From Methanothrix sp. (GTDB lineage Archaea; Halobacteriota; Methanosarcinia; Methanotrichales; Methanotrichaceae): DNA of 64,000 nucleotides. Location: assembly GCA_963682135.1 (NCBI GenBank), contig OY821645.1, forward strand, positions 1,760,001 through 1,824,000, written 5' to 3'. Within the stretch, counting starts at the first letter, position 1; each line of letters starts with the position of its first letter. The notes under the pieces were generated by a model, which saw nothing but the letters and a program-made list of their open reading frames with translations, ran no database searches and was not told where the DNA came from. Below are positions 39,930 through 48,951 of this stretch, in pieces. The translations under genes were made by a program, and so were the position numbers.

Positions 39930-41489
39930 ATGAAAGGCTCGAGCGAGATTGAGGGAGGGAACACCAGGGTCAGCGGCAGCCAGATTGCTCGCAACACGCT
40001 TCTGAACCTGATCGGCCAAGCGGTGCCTCTGCTCGTGGCAGTGATCGCCATCCCTCTCATCGTGAAGGGACTGGGCACGGAGCGTTTCGGACTGCTCACC
40101 CTCACCTGGGTGGTTATGGGCTACTTTACCATCTTCGACCTGGGACTGGGAAGGGCCACGACCAAATATGTGGCTGAGGCCTTGGGCAAGGGCGAGGATG
40201 ATCAAGTACCTCAGATCATCTGGACCGCGGTCACCTTTCAGGCGATTCTGGGTATTGTTGGTACACTTGCGTTGTTCGGGAGCACGGACTTTCTAGTGGG
40301 AAGCGTCCTGAACATCCCAACACAGCTTCTGGGCGAAGCCAGGGATACCTTCCACCTGCTGGCATTTGCTATTCCTGTAGTTATGATATCCAGCTCATTC
40401 AGCGGTGTGATAGAGGCAACACAAAGGTTTGATCTGATAAATGTAGTGAAGATCCCGTCCAGCATTCTAACTTACCTTCTCCCTTTAGTGGGCTTGTTTC
40501 TAGGATTTAACTTACCTGGCATCGTAGCCTTAATTTTGCTGGCAAGGTTAGCAACATTAGTTGCCTTTATGGTGATGAGCCATCGCGTCGTTCCTAAGCT
40601 AAGTGAGTATTCGGTATCATTCAACCGCTTCTATAGTCTCTTTACATATGGTGGTTGGGTTACGGTAAGCAGTGTGGTCAGTCCCGTTCTGGTTTACCTG
40701 GACCGGTTACTGATCGGATCGCTTCTTACAATCGCTGCGGTAGCATATTACACAGCCCCTTATGAGGCGGTTACCCGCCTCTCGATCATCTCGTTTAGTC
40801 TGACCATGACGTTATTTCCGGCTTTTAGCACCTTGGAAGGCGTAAAAGATAGGCAGAAAATGGGCAAATTCTTTGCTCGTTCCATTAAATATGTCCTCTT
40901 AGCCACAGGACCGATTGTAATATTGGTAGTTCTCTTCGCCAAGGAGATCCTACAAATATGGTTGGGGACTGATTTTGCAGCAAAAAGCACAGTGGCAATG
41001 CAGGTGCTGGTATTGGGTGTGCTGATCAATTCTCTTGCTCTAACGCCTTTTGCGCTCCTTCAGGGCATAGGACGCCCGGATCTTCCGGCTAAGTTTCATC
41101 TGCTGGAGCTTCCCGTTTATATCGGTATAGCCTGGATTTTGGTGAATGAATTTGGCATCGCAGGAGCTGCAGGGGCCTGGACGGTGCGTGTGGCGTTGGA
41201 TGCACTCTTGCTGTTTGCAGCCACCTCCAAAGTATGCCAATTCTCACCTCGCCTTCTCGCAGAAAACGGCATAACACTTGCGGTTTTTGAGCTCGTAATG
41301 CTTGCTGGCATCGTATATGCACTTAAGACTTATGCCTATACGCTTCCCCTGCTCGTTCAATGCTTGCTAGTTATCGGACTTCTGGCCACTTTTGCCCTTT
41401 TTGCCTGGAATTACGTTATGGATAATTCGGATCGAAGAGTGGTTCTTAAGGTAATAAAGCTGAAGAAGTCATTGGAGAGCACATCATGA
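39930..41489 (+). CDS. wzx: Wzx-type (MOP) flippase
   Basis: RNTLLNL, LGTERFG, DLGLG and DRLLIG motifs; ~12-14 TM. Confidence 0.9.
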   Translation: MKGSSEIEGGNTRVSGSQIARNTLLNLIGQAVPLLVAVIAIPLIVKGLGTERFGLLTLTWVVMGYFTIFDLGLGRATTKYVAEALGKGEDDQVPQIIWTAVTFQAILGIVGTLALFGSTDFLVGSVLNIPTQLLGEARDTFHLLAFAIPVVMISSSFSGVIEATQRFDLINVVKIPSSILTYLLPLVGLFLGFNLPGIVALILLARLATLVAFMVMSHRVVPKLSEYSVSFNRFYSLFTYGGWVTVSSVVSPVLVYLDRLLIGSLLTIAAVAYYTAPYEAVTRLSIISFSLTMTLFPAFSTLEGVKDRQKMGKFFARSIKYVLLATGPIVILVVLFAKEILQIWLGTDFAAKSTVAMQVLVLGVLINSLALTPFALLQGIGRPDLPAKFHLLELPVYIGIAWILVNEFGIAGAAGAWTVRVALDALLLFAATSKVCQFSPRLLAENGITLAVFELVMLAGIVYALKTYAYTLPLLVQCLLVIGLLATFALFAWNYVMDNSDRRVVLKVIKLKKSLESTS

Positions 41490-42523
41490 ATGAGAATGAA
41501 GGCGTTCGTGTGAGAGAAGCTCGATGTTGTTTGCTGTGTGGATGCGAAGGGACGCAGTTATACACGGACCTGCGGGACCGCCTTTTCAGTGCGCCGGGCA
41601 ATTGGGAACTCATGCAATGTCTCAAGTGTCAGTTGGTCTGGCTCAATCCGCGCCCGATCCCAGACGACATCGGAAGACTTTATTCCCAATACTACACCCA
41701 TAAGATCCTTGATTCTCCTAACAATGTACTGGCTAGCATTCGCAAAATCGTGAAAGCAGGCATTCTGCAATCCAGCTATGGTTATAAGATGATGGGTTCA
41801 AATAGGTTGGCAGGATTCGTATTGAGCGGGCTTGGTCCCATCAAGGAAATTGCTGGAGGTTGCGTGCAGTGGCTTATTGCCAATGAGAAAGGACGTATTC
41901 TTGATGTGGGTCGCGGAAGTGGGGCATTCTTAGTCAAAATGAGGGAACTTGGCTGGAACGTAGTAGGCGTTGAGCCTTACGGAGAAGCTGTTAGGAATGC
42001 CCATGATATAGTAGGATTGGGTGTTCATCACGGAACATTAGAGGAAGCAAAGTTTTCCGATGATTACTTTGACGCGATCACTCAGAACCACGTAATCGAG
42101 CATATGCGTGGTCCGATTGGATTGCTGAAGGAATGTCGTCGTGCGCTAAAGCTCGGTGGAAAGCTGGTGGTTGTGATACCAAACATTGATAGCTTGGGAA
42201 CACGCATGTTTGGTTATACATGGTTACACTGGGATCCTCCGCGTCATTTGATTCTCTTCTCCACACAGAAGTTGCAGGAATGTGCAATGCGATCTGGGCT
42301 GATAATTCAGGAGCTTCGGACAACTAAAAAAGAAGGTCGATCGAGCTGGGCTGTTAACTGTTGCATCAAGAGAGATGGCATGCCTGGCATGCTTCCTGGC
42401 GTCTTGCCCAAAACATTGGGTATTTTACTCCGACTGAAAGGACTGGCGTTTCAGGCTGTAGAATACGAGCTGAGCGGCCGAGGTAAGGCAGGTGCGGAAC
42501 TGGTGCTGTTAGCTACAAAGTAG
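41486..42523 (+). CDS. Class I SAM methyltransferase with N-terminal Zn-ribbon (possibly decaying)
   Basis: CLLC...CLKC, ILDVGRGSG, NHVIEH and DPPRHL motifs. Confidence 0.75.
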   Translation: MNENEGVRVREARCCLLCGCEGTQLYTDLRDRLFSAPGNWELMQCLKCQLVWLNPRPIPDDIGRLYSQYYTHKILDSPNNVLASIRKIVKAGILQSSYGYKMMGSNRLAGFVLSGLGPIKEIAGGCVQWLIANEKGRILDVGRGSGAFLVKMRELGWNVVGVEPYGEAVRNAHDIVGLGVHHGTLEEAKFSDDYFDAITQNHVIEHMRGPIGLLKECRRALKLGGKLVVVIPNIDSLGTRMFGYTWLHWDPPRHLILFSTQKLQECAMRSGLIIQELRTTKKEGRSSWAVNCCIKRDGMPGMLPGVLPKTLGILLRLKGLAFQAVEYELSGRGKAGAELVLLATK

Positions 42524-42577
42524 GAAAAATTCGAATAGAGGCAAGAAACTGCCCAAAGTTATCGTCGGGAGGGCCTG

Positions 42578-43867
42578 GTGGGAATGCAATTAGCTCGTTT
42601 TGCCCTAATAGGAAATGCGCCAAGAACCGATCAGAGAAGCGCCTTGAAGCGGATCTCTACCGAGAAGGTTATTCATGCCCTTTTTAAGATAATGCTAATT
42701 GTATTTTTAATTTTTCCTGCATCATTAGGCACTCTAATTAAATTTATAGTTATTTTTAGTATTTTCATTTTTAGTTTTCTAAGAGGACTAAAGATAAATC
42801 AATTCATAGTATTTCTCCTGATAACATCATTTAACATTGTTTATTTATTCTATTCCGTTACCAAACTAGACATTATTGAGGAGCTATCAATACGTGCATT
42901 CCTAAGCTACCAAGGTGTAATCTTAACAACGTTTGTCCTTGTTTGGGGGTCATATAATATAAAAAAAGAGGAGATTTTAAAATTTGTTGTGATAGGGGCG
43001 TCCGCATATTCTTTAATAAAATTAATATTAATTTTTATGCCATATTTAGGGTTCCTGACCGCTATTAATACAGGTTTTGTCATGGACCTTCGAGGTCAGG
43101 GTTTTTCCCGGATTGCAACATCCAATGACCTCATATTTCCTTTTGCGATTTTTTTAATTTTGAATAGAAACGCATTCAACTTAAAATTTGATAAAAAAAC
43201 AACCATAATCTCACTATTACTAATGCTGAGTACAAGTATACTAACATTTACAAGATTTATATGGATTTCAACGTTTATTGCGATAACAGGATATATACTA
43301 TTGAATTTTAGCCACATATTCAAACTATTTATAAGCAAAAAAATGATATTGGCCACCGTAATATTATCTATAATTTTTGCTTTATCCTTACTATATCCCC
43401 CGTCGCAGATAAAAGGAATTTCTGAAAATATTTTAATCAGATCTGGTGATTCACGTTCCATTGATGTCAAAGTTGAACAGGCTAGATATTTACTCACAGA
43501 TTTTTTCAATGCCCCACTTTTAGGTGCAGGAAACGCTGCGTTTATAAAGGATTATATTAGATACGAACGGTTGCCGTTTGTTTATGAAACGCAATGGGTC
43601 GCAATCTTATACCAATTTGGAATTGTTGGGACCGCCTGTATAGTAGTCTTTCTCTTATTACCAATTTTTCCTTTGATAAAACAGATCCTTATTTATCAGA
43701 GAACGTCTAATAATTTAATTATGGTATTCATTTTATACATAGGATTCCTATTTTCAGCATTTACAAATCCAAATCTATTCACACTTAATTCATCAATTAT
43801 ATACTTTTCAGTATATACTATGTGTCTATTTTGCATAGATAGCAAAAGGAGATGTGATCCAGAATGA
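42578..43867 (+). CDS. wzy: Wzy-like polymerase / O-antigen ligase family membrane protein
   Basis: AT-rich, ~11 TM, TFTR and PLLGAG..YE..W..ILYQFGIVG (Wzy_C-like); position in the wzz-wzx cluster. Confidence 0.7.
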   Translation: MGMQLARFALIGNAPRTDQRSALKRISTEKVIHALFKIMLIVFLIFPASLGTLIKFIVIFSIFIFSFLRGLKINQFIVFLLITSFNIVYLFYSVTKLDIIEELSIRAFLSYQGVILTTFVLVWGSYNIKKEEILKFVVIGASAYSLIKLILIFMPYLGFLTAINTGFVMDLRGQGFSRIATSNDLIFPFAIFLILNRNAFNLKFDKKTTIISLLLMLSTSILTFTRFIWISTFIAITGYILLNFSHIFKLFISKKMILATVILSIIFALSLLYPPSQIKGISENILIRSGDSRSIDVKVEQARYLLTDFFNAPLLGAGNAAFIKDYIRYERLPFVYETQWVAILYQFGIVGTACIVVFLLLPIFPLIKQILIYQRTSNNLIMVFILYIGFLFSAFTNPNLFTLNSSIIYFSVYTMCLFCIDSKRRCDPE

Positions 43868-44694
43868 AAATGGACATCCTCCTGGCAACATACAACGGTG
43901 AAAAATATGTGGACCATTTGATAGAGTCACTACTAACTCAAAGCCATTCGCAATTTTCGATTCTTATAAGAGATGACGGATCGACTGATAAGACGATAGA
44001 GATAATTCGAGATTACGAGCAAATGCACAAAGGAAAAATAAAGATAATTCGAGATAACTTAGGAAATCTAGGTAGCAGCAGATGCTTTATAGAATTACTC
44101 ATGCATACCGAAGCAGATTATATAATGCTCTGTGATCAAGATGATGTATGGCTTCCGAATAAAATAGAAATAACATTGGAAATGATGGAGAGACTAGAAA
44201 AGATGCATAATAAAGAGACACCAATATTGGTCTTTACGGATTTGAAAGTCGTGAAAAATGATTTAGACATTGTTTCTGAATCTTTCTGGAAGTATCAAAA
44301 ATTAGATCCAGAGATATCAAAGGATTGGGTGGCACTGCTTGCGAGCAATGTTATAACCGGTTGTACTATAATGTTAAACCGAAAAGCAAAAGAAGTAGTA
44401 CTTCCATTTAGATTACCTAAAATGATACACGATCATTGGTTAGGCGTGAATATTTCGAGATATGGAATAGTTGACTATATAAGCATCCAAACAATTTTAT
44501 ACAAACAACATGGTGAAAATATTATAGGGGCCAGCGAATATAACGCAAGGTATTTTATTAAAAAAATTGCTAACGGGAAAAATATTATAAATATAATAAA
44601 AATAAACTATAATTTTTCTAAATACTTTAAGGTTTCATTTTGTAAAATACTATTTTTAAAATTAAAAATTAATCTGTCGAGGCTGCTGAAATGA
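43864..44694 (+). CDS. GT2 glycosyltransferase (rhamnosyltransferase-like)
   Basis: LATYNGEKY, RDDGSTD, CDQDDVW and HDHW motifs. Confidence 0.9.
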   Translation: MKMDILLATYNGEKYVDHLIESLLTQSHSQFSILIRDDGSTDKTIEIIRDYEQMHKGKIKIIRDNLGNLGSSRCFIELLMHTEADYIMLCDQDDVWLPNKIEITLEMMERLEKMHNKETPILVFTDLKVVKNDLDIVSESFWKYQKLDPEISKDWVALLASNVITGCTIMLNRKAKEVVLPFRLPKMIHDHWLGVNISRYGIVDYISIQTILYKQHGENIIGASEYNARYFIKKIANGKNIINIIKINYNFSKYFKVSFCKILFLKLKINLSRLLK

Positions 44695-45788
44695 AAATTG
44701 CGATTCTTGGTACACGCGGTATTCCAAATCGGTATGGAGGATTTGAGCAAAGTGCAGAGAATCTATCAATCAGGTGGAAAAATAATGGCAATGAAGTGAC
44801 TGTTTATAACCCCAACGACCATCCATATACGGAAAGAGAATGGAATGGTATCAGAATAAAGCAAATATATTCCAATGAAAAAAAAATTGGCGTAATAGGA
44901 ACTAATATCTTCGATTATTTATGCTTGAAGGACGCCTTGAATCAAGATTATGATATAGTATTGGAACTTGGCTATTCTGCTTCGGTGTTCTACCCATTAA
45001 AAAGGAATAGAAAGTTCAAAATAGTCACAAATATGGATGGATTAGAGTGGAAGAGAAGCAAATGGAATACACTGACTCGACGACTTTTAAAAACCCTAGA
45101 AAAACAGGCTGTGCTAAAAAGCGATGTATTGATCGCAGATAATCCGGGTATACAAGATTATTTGAAAATAACATACAATAAATCCAGTTTTTATGTACCA
45201 TATGGTGCTGATGCAAAAATATTTGTAACCCCATATAAGAATGTATTAGACGAATATCATTTGGAGCCATATTCCTATTATCTTTTAATAGCAAGACTTG
45301 AACCCGAGAATAATATCGAAATGATTCTAGATGGATATATTCAGCTAAAATTAAAAGAACCTTTTTTGGTTGTGGGAAATCATGAAACAAAATTTGGCAA
45401 TTATTTATTAAGAAAATATAAAAGATATCCTTTAATCAAATTTGTAGGTGGAATATATAATTATTACATTTTAAATAATATTAGATATTTTTCAAAAATA
45501 TATTTTCATGGGCATTCAGTAGGCGGTACAAACCCATCTTTGTTGGAAGCAATGAGTTGTGGTTGTTATATTGCATCACATAATAATTATTTTAATAAGT
45601 GCGTTTTGGAAAAGAACGCGCTATACTTTAATAATAGCAAAGAAGTTTGCGAAATAATAAATAATTATGACGAAAAATTTAAAAACAAGTTTGTTAATAA
45701 CTACAGAATAAAAATTCGCGAAGTTTATAATTGGGATATTGTTTCTAAACAGTACTTAGAAATTTTTAATAACATGTTAAGTTCATGA
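44691..45788 (+). CDS. GT4 glycosyltransferase with DUF1972 domain
   Basis: GTRGIPNRYGGFE, NMDGLEWKR and HSVGGTNPSLLEAM motifs. Confidence 0.9.
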   Translation: MKIAILGTRGIPNRYGGFEQSAENLSIRWKNNGNEVTVYNPNDHPYTEREWNGIRIKQIYSNEKKIGVIGTNIFDYLCLKDALNQDYDIVLELGYSASVFYPLKRNRKFKIVTNMDGLEWKRSKWNTLTRRLLKTLEKQAVLKSDVLIADNPGIQDYLKITYNKSSFYVPYGADAKIFVTPYKNVLDEYHLEPYSYYLLIARLEPENNIEMILDGYIQLKLKEPFLVVGNHETKFGNYLLRKYKRYPLIKFVGGIYNYYILNNIRYFSKIYFHGHSVGGTNPSLLEAMSCGCYIASHNNYFNKCVLEKNALYFNNSKEVCEIINNYDEKFKNKFVNNYRIKIREVYNWDIVSKQYLEIFNNMLSS

Positions 45789-45895
45789 ACTAAACCCCTT
45801 TTTTTAGGCTTTTCATTGATTCATGCGCCCATATTTCGCACTAACGGTTTGAACGCTTTCTAATTTTCCCAGATTTTATGGATAATCTCTTTTAA

Positions 45896-45988
45896 CCTGA
45901 CCTCCCCATTTTTTAGGCACACATATGAAGGGCATCCAGAATTTGGCGCTGTTTCTTAGAGATCTCGGTCGTGATTCTTTCTCCATCC
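45896..45988 (-). pseudogene. 3' end of an IS1634-like transposase with terminal repeat
   Basis: Minus-strand DGERITTEISKKQRQILDALHMCA* followed by aaaatggggaggtcagg; family assignment from recall. Confidence 0.55.
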
Positions 45989-47323
45989 GGTAGTGTGCCC
46001 GCTTTGCTGTAAAATCTCGGTTAAATCCCACGTCAAGAGCCGACGTGCTGTGAACGAGATAACAGCAAATTATTTCTTCACAAGATTTAATAATTAGCCC
46101 TGTATCCCCAAAGTTGTCGAAACCTAAGGAGGGACACAGAGCTATGAATATGGTAGACTTAGCAGAAGATTATCTTATCGATCCAAAAGAGGGTATGAGG
46201 AAGTTAATAGCTGGCTATCTCAATGAAGTAATGCAACTTGAAGCCCAAAAACAAATTCAGGCAGGACCTTACGAGCGCACCGGCAAGAGAAAAGGCCATC
46301 GTAACGGATCAAGACCGCGATCACTTAAGACCATTCACGGTGACATAACTCTCGATAAACCTGAAATCCGGGAGTTCCCATTCAAGTCAAAAGTATTCTA
46401 GAGATATTCTCGTGTAGAGGATTCTGTAAGAGTCGCTGTTGCGGAATCGTATTTAGAGGGTGTATCAACCAGAAAAGTCGAGAAGATATTCTCGAAATTT
46501 GGATTGCATGGCATCTCTGCTTCGGAAGTCTCACGAATAACCAAACGTCTTGATAAACAGGTTAAAGAGTTCCTTAACAGGCCCATTGAAGGAGCCATCC
46601 CTTATTTGTTCGCGGATGCAAGCTATTTCAAGGTCAGAACAGATGGCAGGTATATCAACAAGGCATTACTCGTTGTAACCGGCATTCGCGAAGACGGCTA
46701 TCGTGAGATTCTGAGTGCGGCGGTTGCTGATAGCGAAGAAGAGTATTGTTGGGAAAGCTGCTTTGAAGATTTGAAAGCCAGAGGACTTGACGGCGTCAAA
46801 TTAGTGATATCCGATGGTCACAAAGGGATACAGGCTGCGGTTGAAAAGGTATTCGTTGGTGCATCTTGGCAAATGTGCAATGTCCATTTTATGCGTGCAG
46901 TGCTCAAAAACATATCGAAAAAGGATAAAAAAGAAGTTGCGTACCTGCTGAAAGATGCTCTTGAAGATGAGCGCAAAATGCAGGAGACAGCAGTAATCCT
47001 TGATGGAATGGGTTATAAAAAGTCTGCAGACACAATCGATAGGTTCCGGTTCGATCTCTGGAATTACAAATCATTTCCAAGATCGCACTGGAGAAAGATC
47101 CGGACTACTAACGGTCTGGAAAGAATCAACAAAGAGCTGAAGCGAAGAAGTCGTGAATCTGGAGCGTACTCTAATGATCAATCACTCCTGAGAGTTGCAG
47201 TCTGCATCATGATGGACATCCATGAGGATTGGATAACTGGTAATAGGTATTTATCCTTGGAAGAGTAAATAGAATCAGGATATAGGGCTACTGCGAATTT
47301 TACAGCAAACAAGGCACGCTACC
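45989..47323 (+). mobile_element. IS256-family insertion sequence
   Basis: TIRs ggtagtgtgcccgctttgctgtaaaat / attttacagcaaacaaggcacgctacc; no flanking duplication. Confidence 0.88.
46144..47268 (+). pseudogene. IS256 transposase interrupted by one in-frame TAG (46399-46401)
   Basis: ORFs 46114-46401 and 46504-47268 share a frame; RNG..PR, DASYFKVR, ISDGHKG and RTTNGLER motifs. Confidence 0.85.
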
Positions 47324-47622
47324 GATTTTATCTCCGAGAGCCTTTTTCCAGGAGGTTCTGATGCAGAAGCGGCATAGAAAGTTATCTGGCCTTCATGAAG
47401 CTTCTCACCGAATGTCTCATTGAGAAAATCCCACATCAGATTCACAAGGGATCGGCAAGTAGCCTTCGGGAAGCTGTAGTCCGCTTCAAGTGTTTGGAAT
47501 AACCTTTGCTGAGCACTTCTCACCCAAGGGCCTTTGTAAACCAGATCAGTCTCATCTACTTGTACCATCTGTCCCACCAGTGCTAGAATTCGTATCCGAA
47601 GATACTTTAATGTAGGGGACAT
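47324..47622 (-). pseudogene. Truncated DUF1670-like ORF cut by IS256
   Basis: GQITFYAASASEPPGKRLSE resembles the DUF1670 motif; truncated at the IS256 right end. Confidence 0.5.
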
Positions 47623-47701
47623 TTGGACGAATAGTAAATTATGAAGCGTTCAAACCGTTAGTGCGAAATATGGGATAAAATTAAGGCCACCTGCGGGATG
47701 T

Positions 47702-48900
47702 GGGGTTGTGTACTTCTTTTACTGAAATATTTTAATACTACCTCATTGTATAATTGATAAGGGGTAGCGATGGAGTCAAGTCTTGATTTGACAAATTTTT
47801 GGTGCTGGCAGAAAGATTGTACTGATTACGGGAAAAAGGGTGCAGGAAACATAGTTTTGAAGGAGAGATATGGTAAGGATAACCGGGCGCTCCTTAAATG
47901 CAGAACATGCGGCCATTGTTTCAGCGAGACTCACGGAACGCCGTTCTTTGGCCTTAACACTTCAATTGATGAGGTCTGCCGAACACTGGCAATGATTCCA
48001 GAGAAAGGAAGCATTCGCGGAGCTGCACGGATGTCGGGCCATGATAAGAGCACAATATGCAAGTGGGTCGATCTTGCCGGCGAGCACTGCAAAGAAGTTA
48101 CGGATTATTTTCTGAGAGAACTTCGCTTGGACCGCGTGCAAGTTGATGAGATCTGGTCATATATAAAAAAAGGAGAAAAACGTCGCTGCCAGCGATTCGA
48201 AAGAATACGGTGATGTCTACAGCCTGACTGCAATAAAACCTGACACTCGACTTTTTTTAAGCCATCATGAAGGAAAAAGAACTGCCGATGATTGTGTCGA
48301 ATTTTTTGTCGATATTGAAAAACGTCGCGCAATTGATTCGTCAATTCCTGTATTTACTTCAGATAACTGGGATCCATTCGAGGAAGGGCTTCTCAATGTT
48401 TATGGTTTTCTTGAGACTCCCCATTACTGCGGAATCGGAAGAAAGCCTGAGCCAGTACTGGTTCCTTATCCCAATCTGAAGTATGCAAAGGTATGCAAGA
48501 AAAGGGAGAAGGGACGAATCGTTGAGGTAATACAGTGTGTTGTTTATGGTGATCCAAAAGAGGTAATGAGTTTACTCGGTACCGATTCTGGTGGAAAGAT
48601 CAATACGGCATATATTGAGCGGTTGAATCTCACAATTCGCAATTCATTGGCGCGATTTGTGCGCAAGAGTATGAATTGCAGCAAGATCTTGGGGAGGCAT
48701 ACTCATGCTTTGGACTTTTTCCAGGCTTGGTACAACTTCGTCAAGCCACATAAGTCACTTCGGAAAAGGATTGATCAAGGAAGGAAAAAGTGGATGCAAA
48801 GAACACCTGCAATGGCAGAAGGAATGACTGATCATGTATGGACTATCAAGGAGTTGATGGGATTCAAGATACCTTTTCAGTAAATCAAGTACACGACCCC
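47702..48900 (+). mobile_element. IS1-family insertion sequence
   Basis: TIRs ggggttgtgtacttcttttactgaaa / tttcagtaaatcaagtacacgacccc; flanking ggatgt duplicated. Confidence 0.85.
47770..48883 (+). CDS. IS1-family transposase expressed via -1 frameshift
   Basis: OrfA Zn-finger/HTH up to QVDEIWSYIKK; A7G at 48165-48172; the -1 frame is open through FTSDNW and AYIERLNLTIR to 48883. Confidence 0.85.
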
Positions 48901-48951
48901 GGATGTGGGATATATCGTTAAACAGAATAAATGTTTGGTTTCTAACTATAA

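Larger units (their letters stand above)
45828..47674 (-). mobile_element. Internally deleted transposable element with perfect 31-bp TIRs, containing nested IS pieces
   Basis: cccatatttcgcactaacggtttgaacgctt at 45828-45858 and its exact reverse complement at 47644-47674. Confidence 0.8.
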
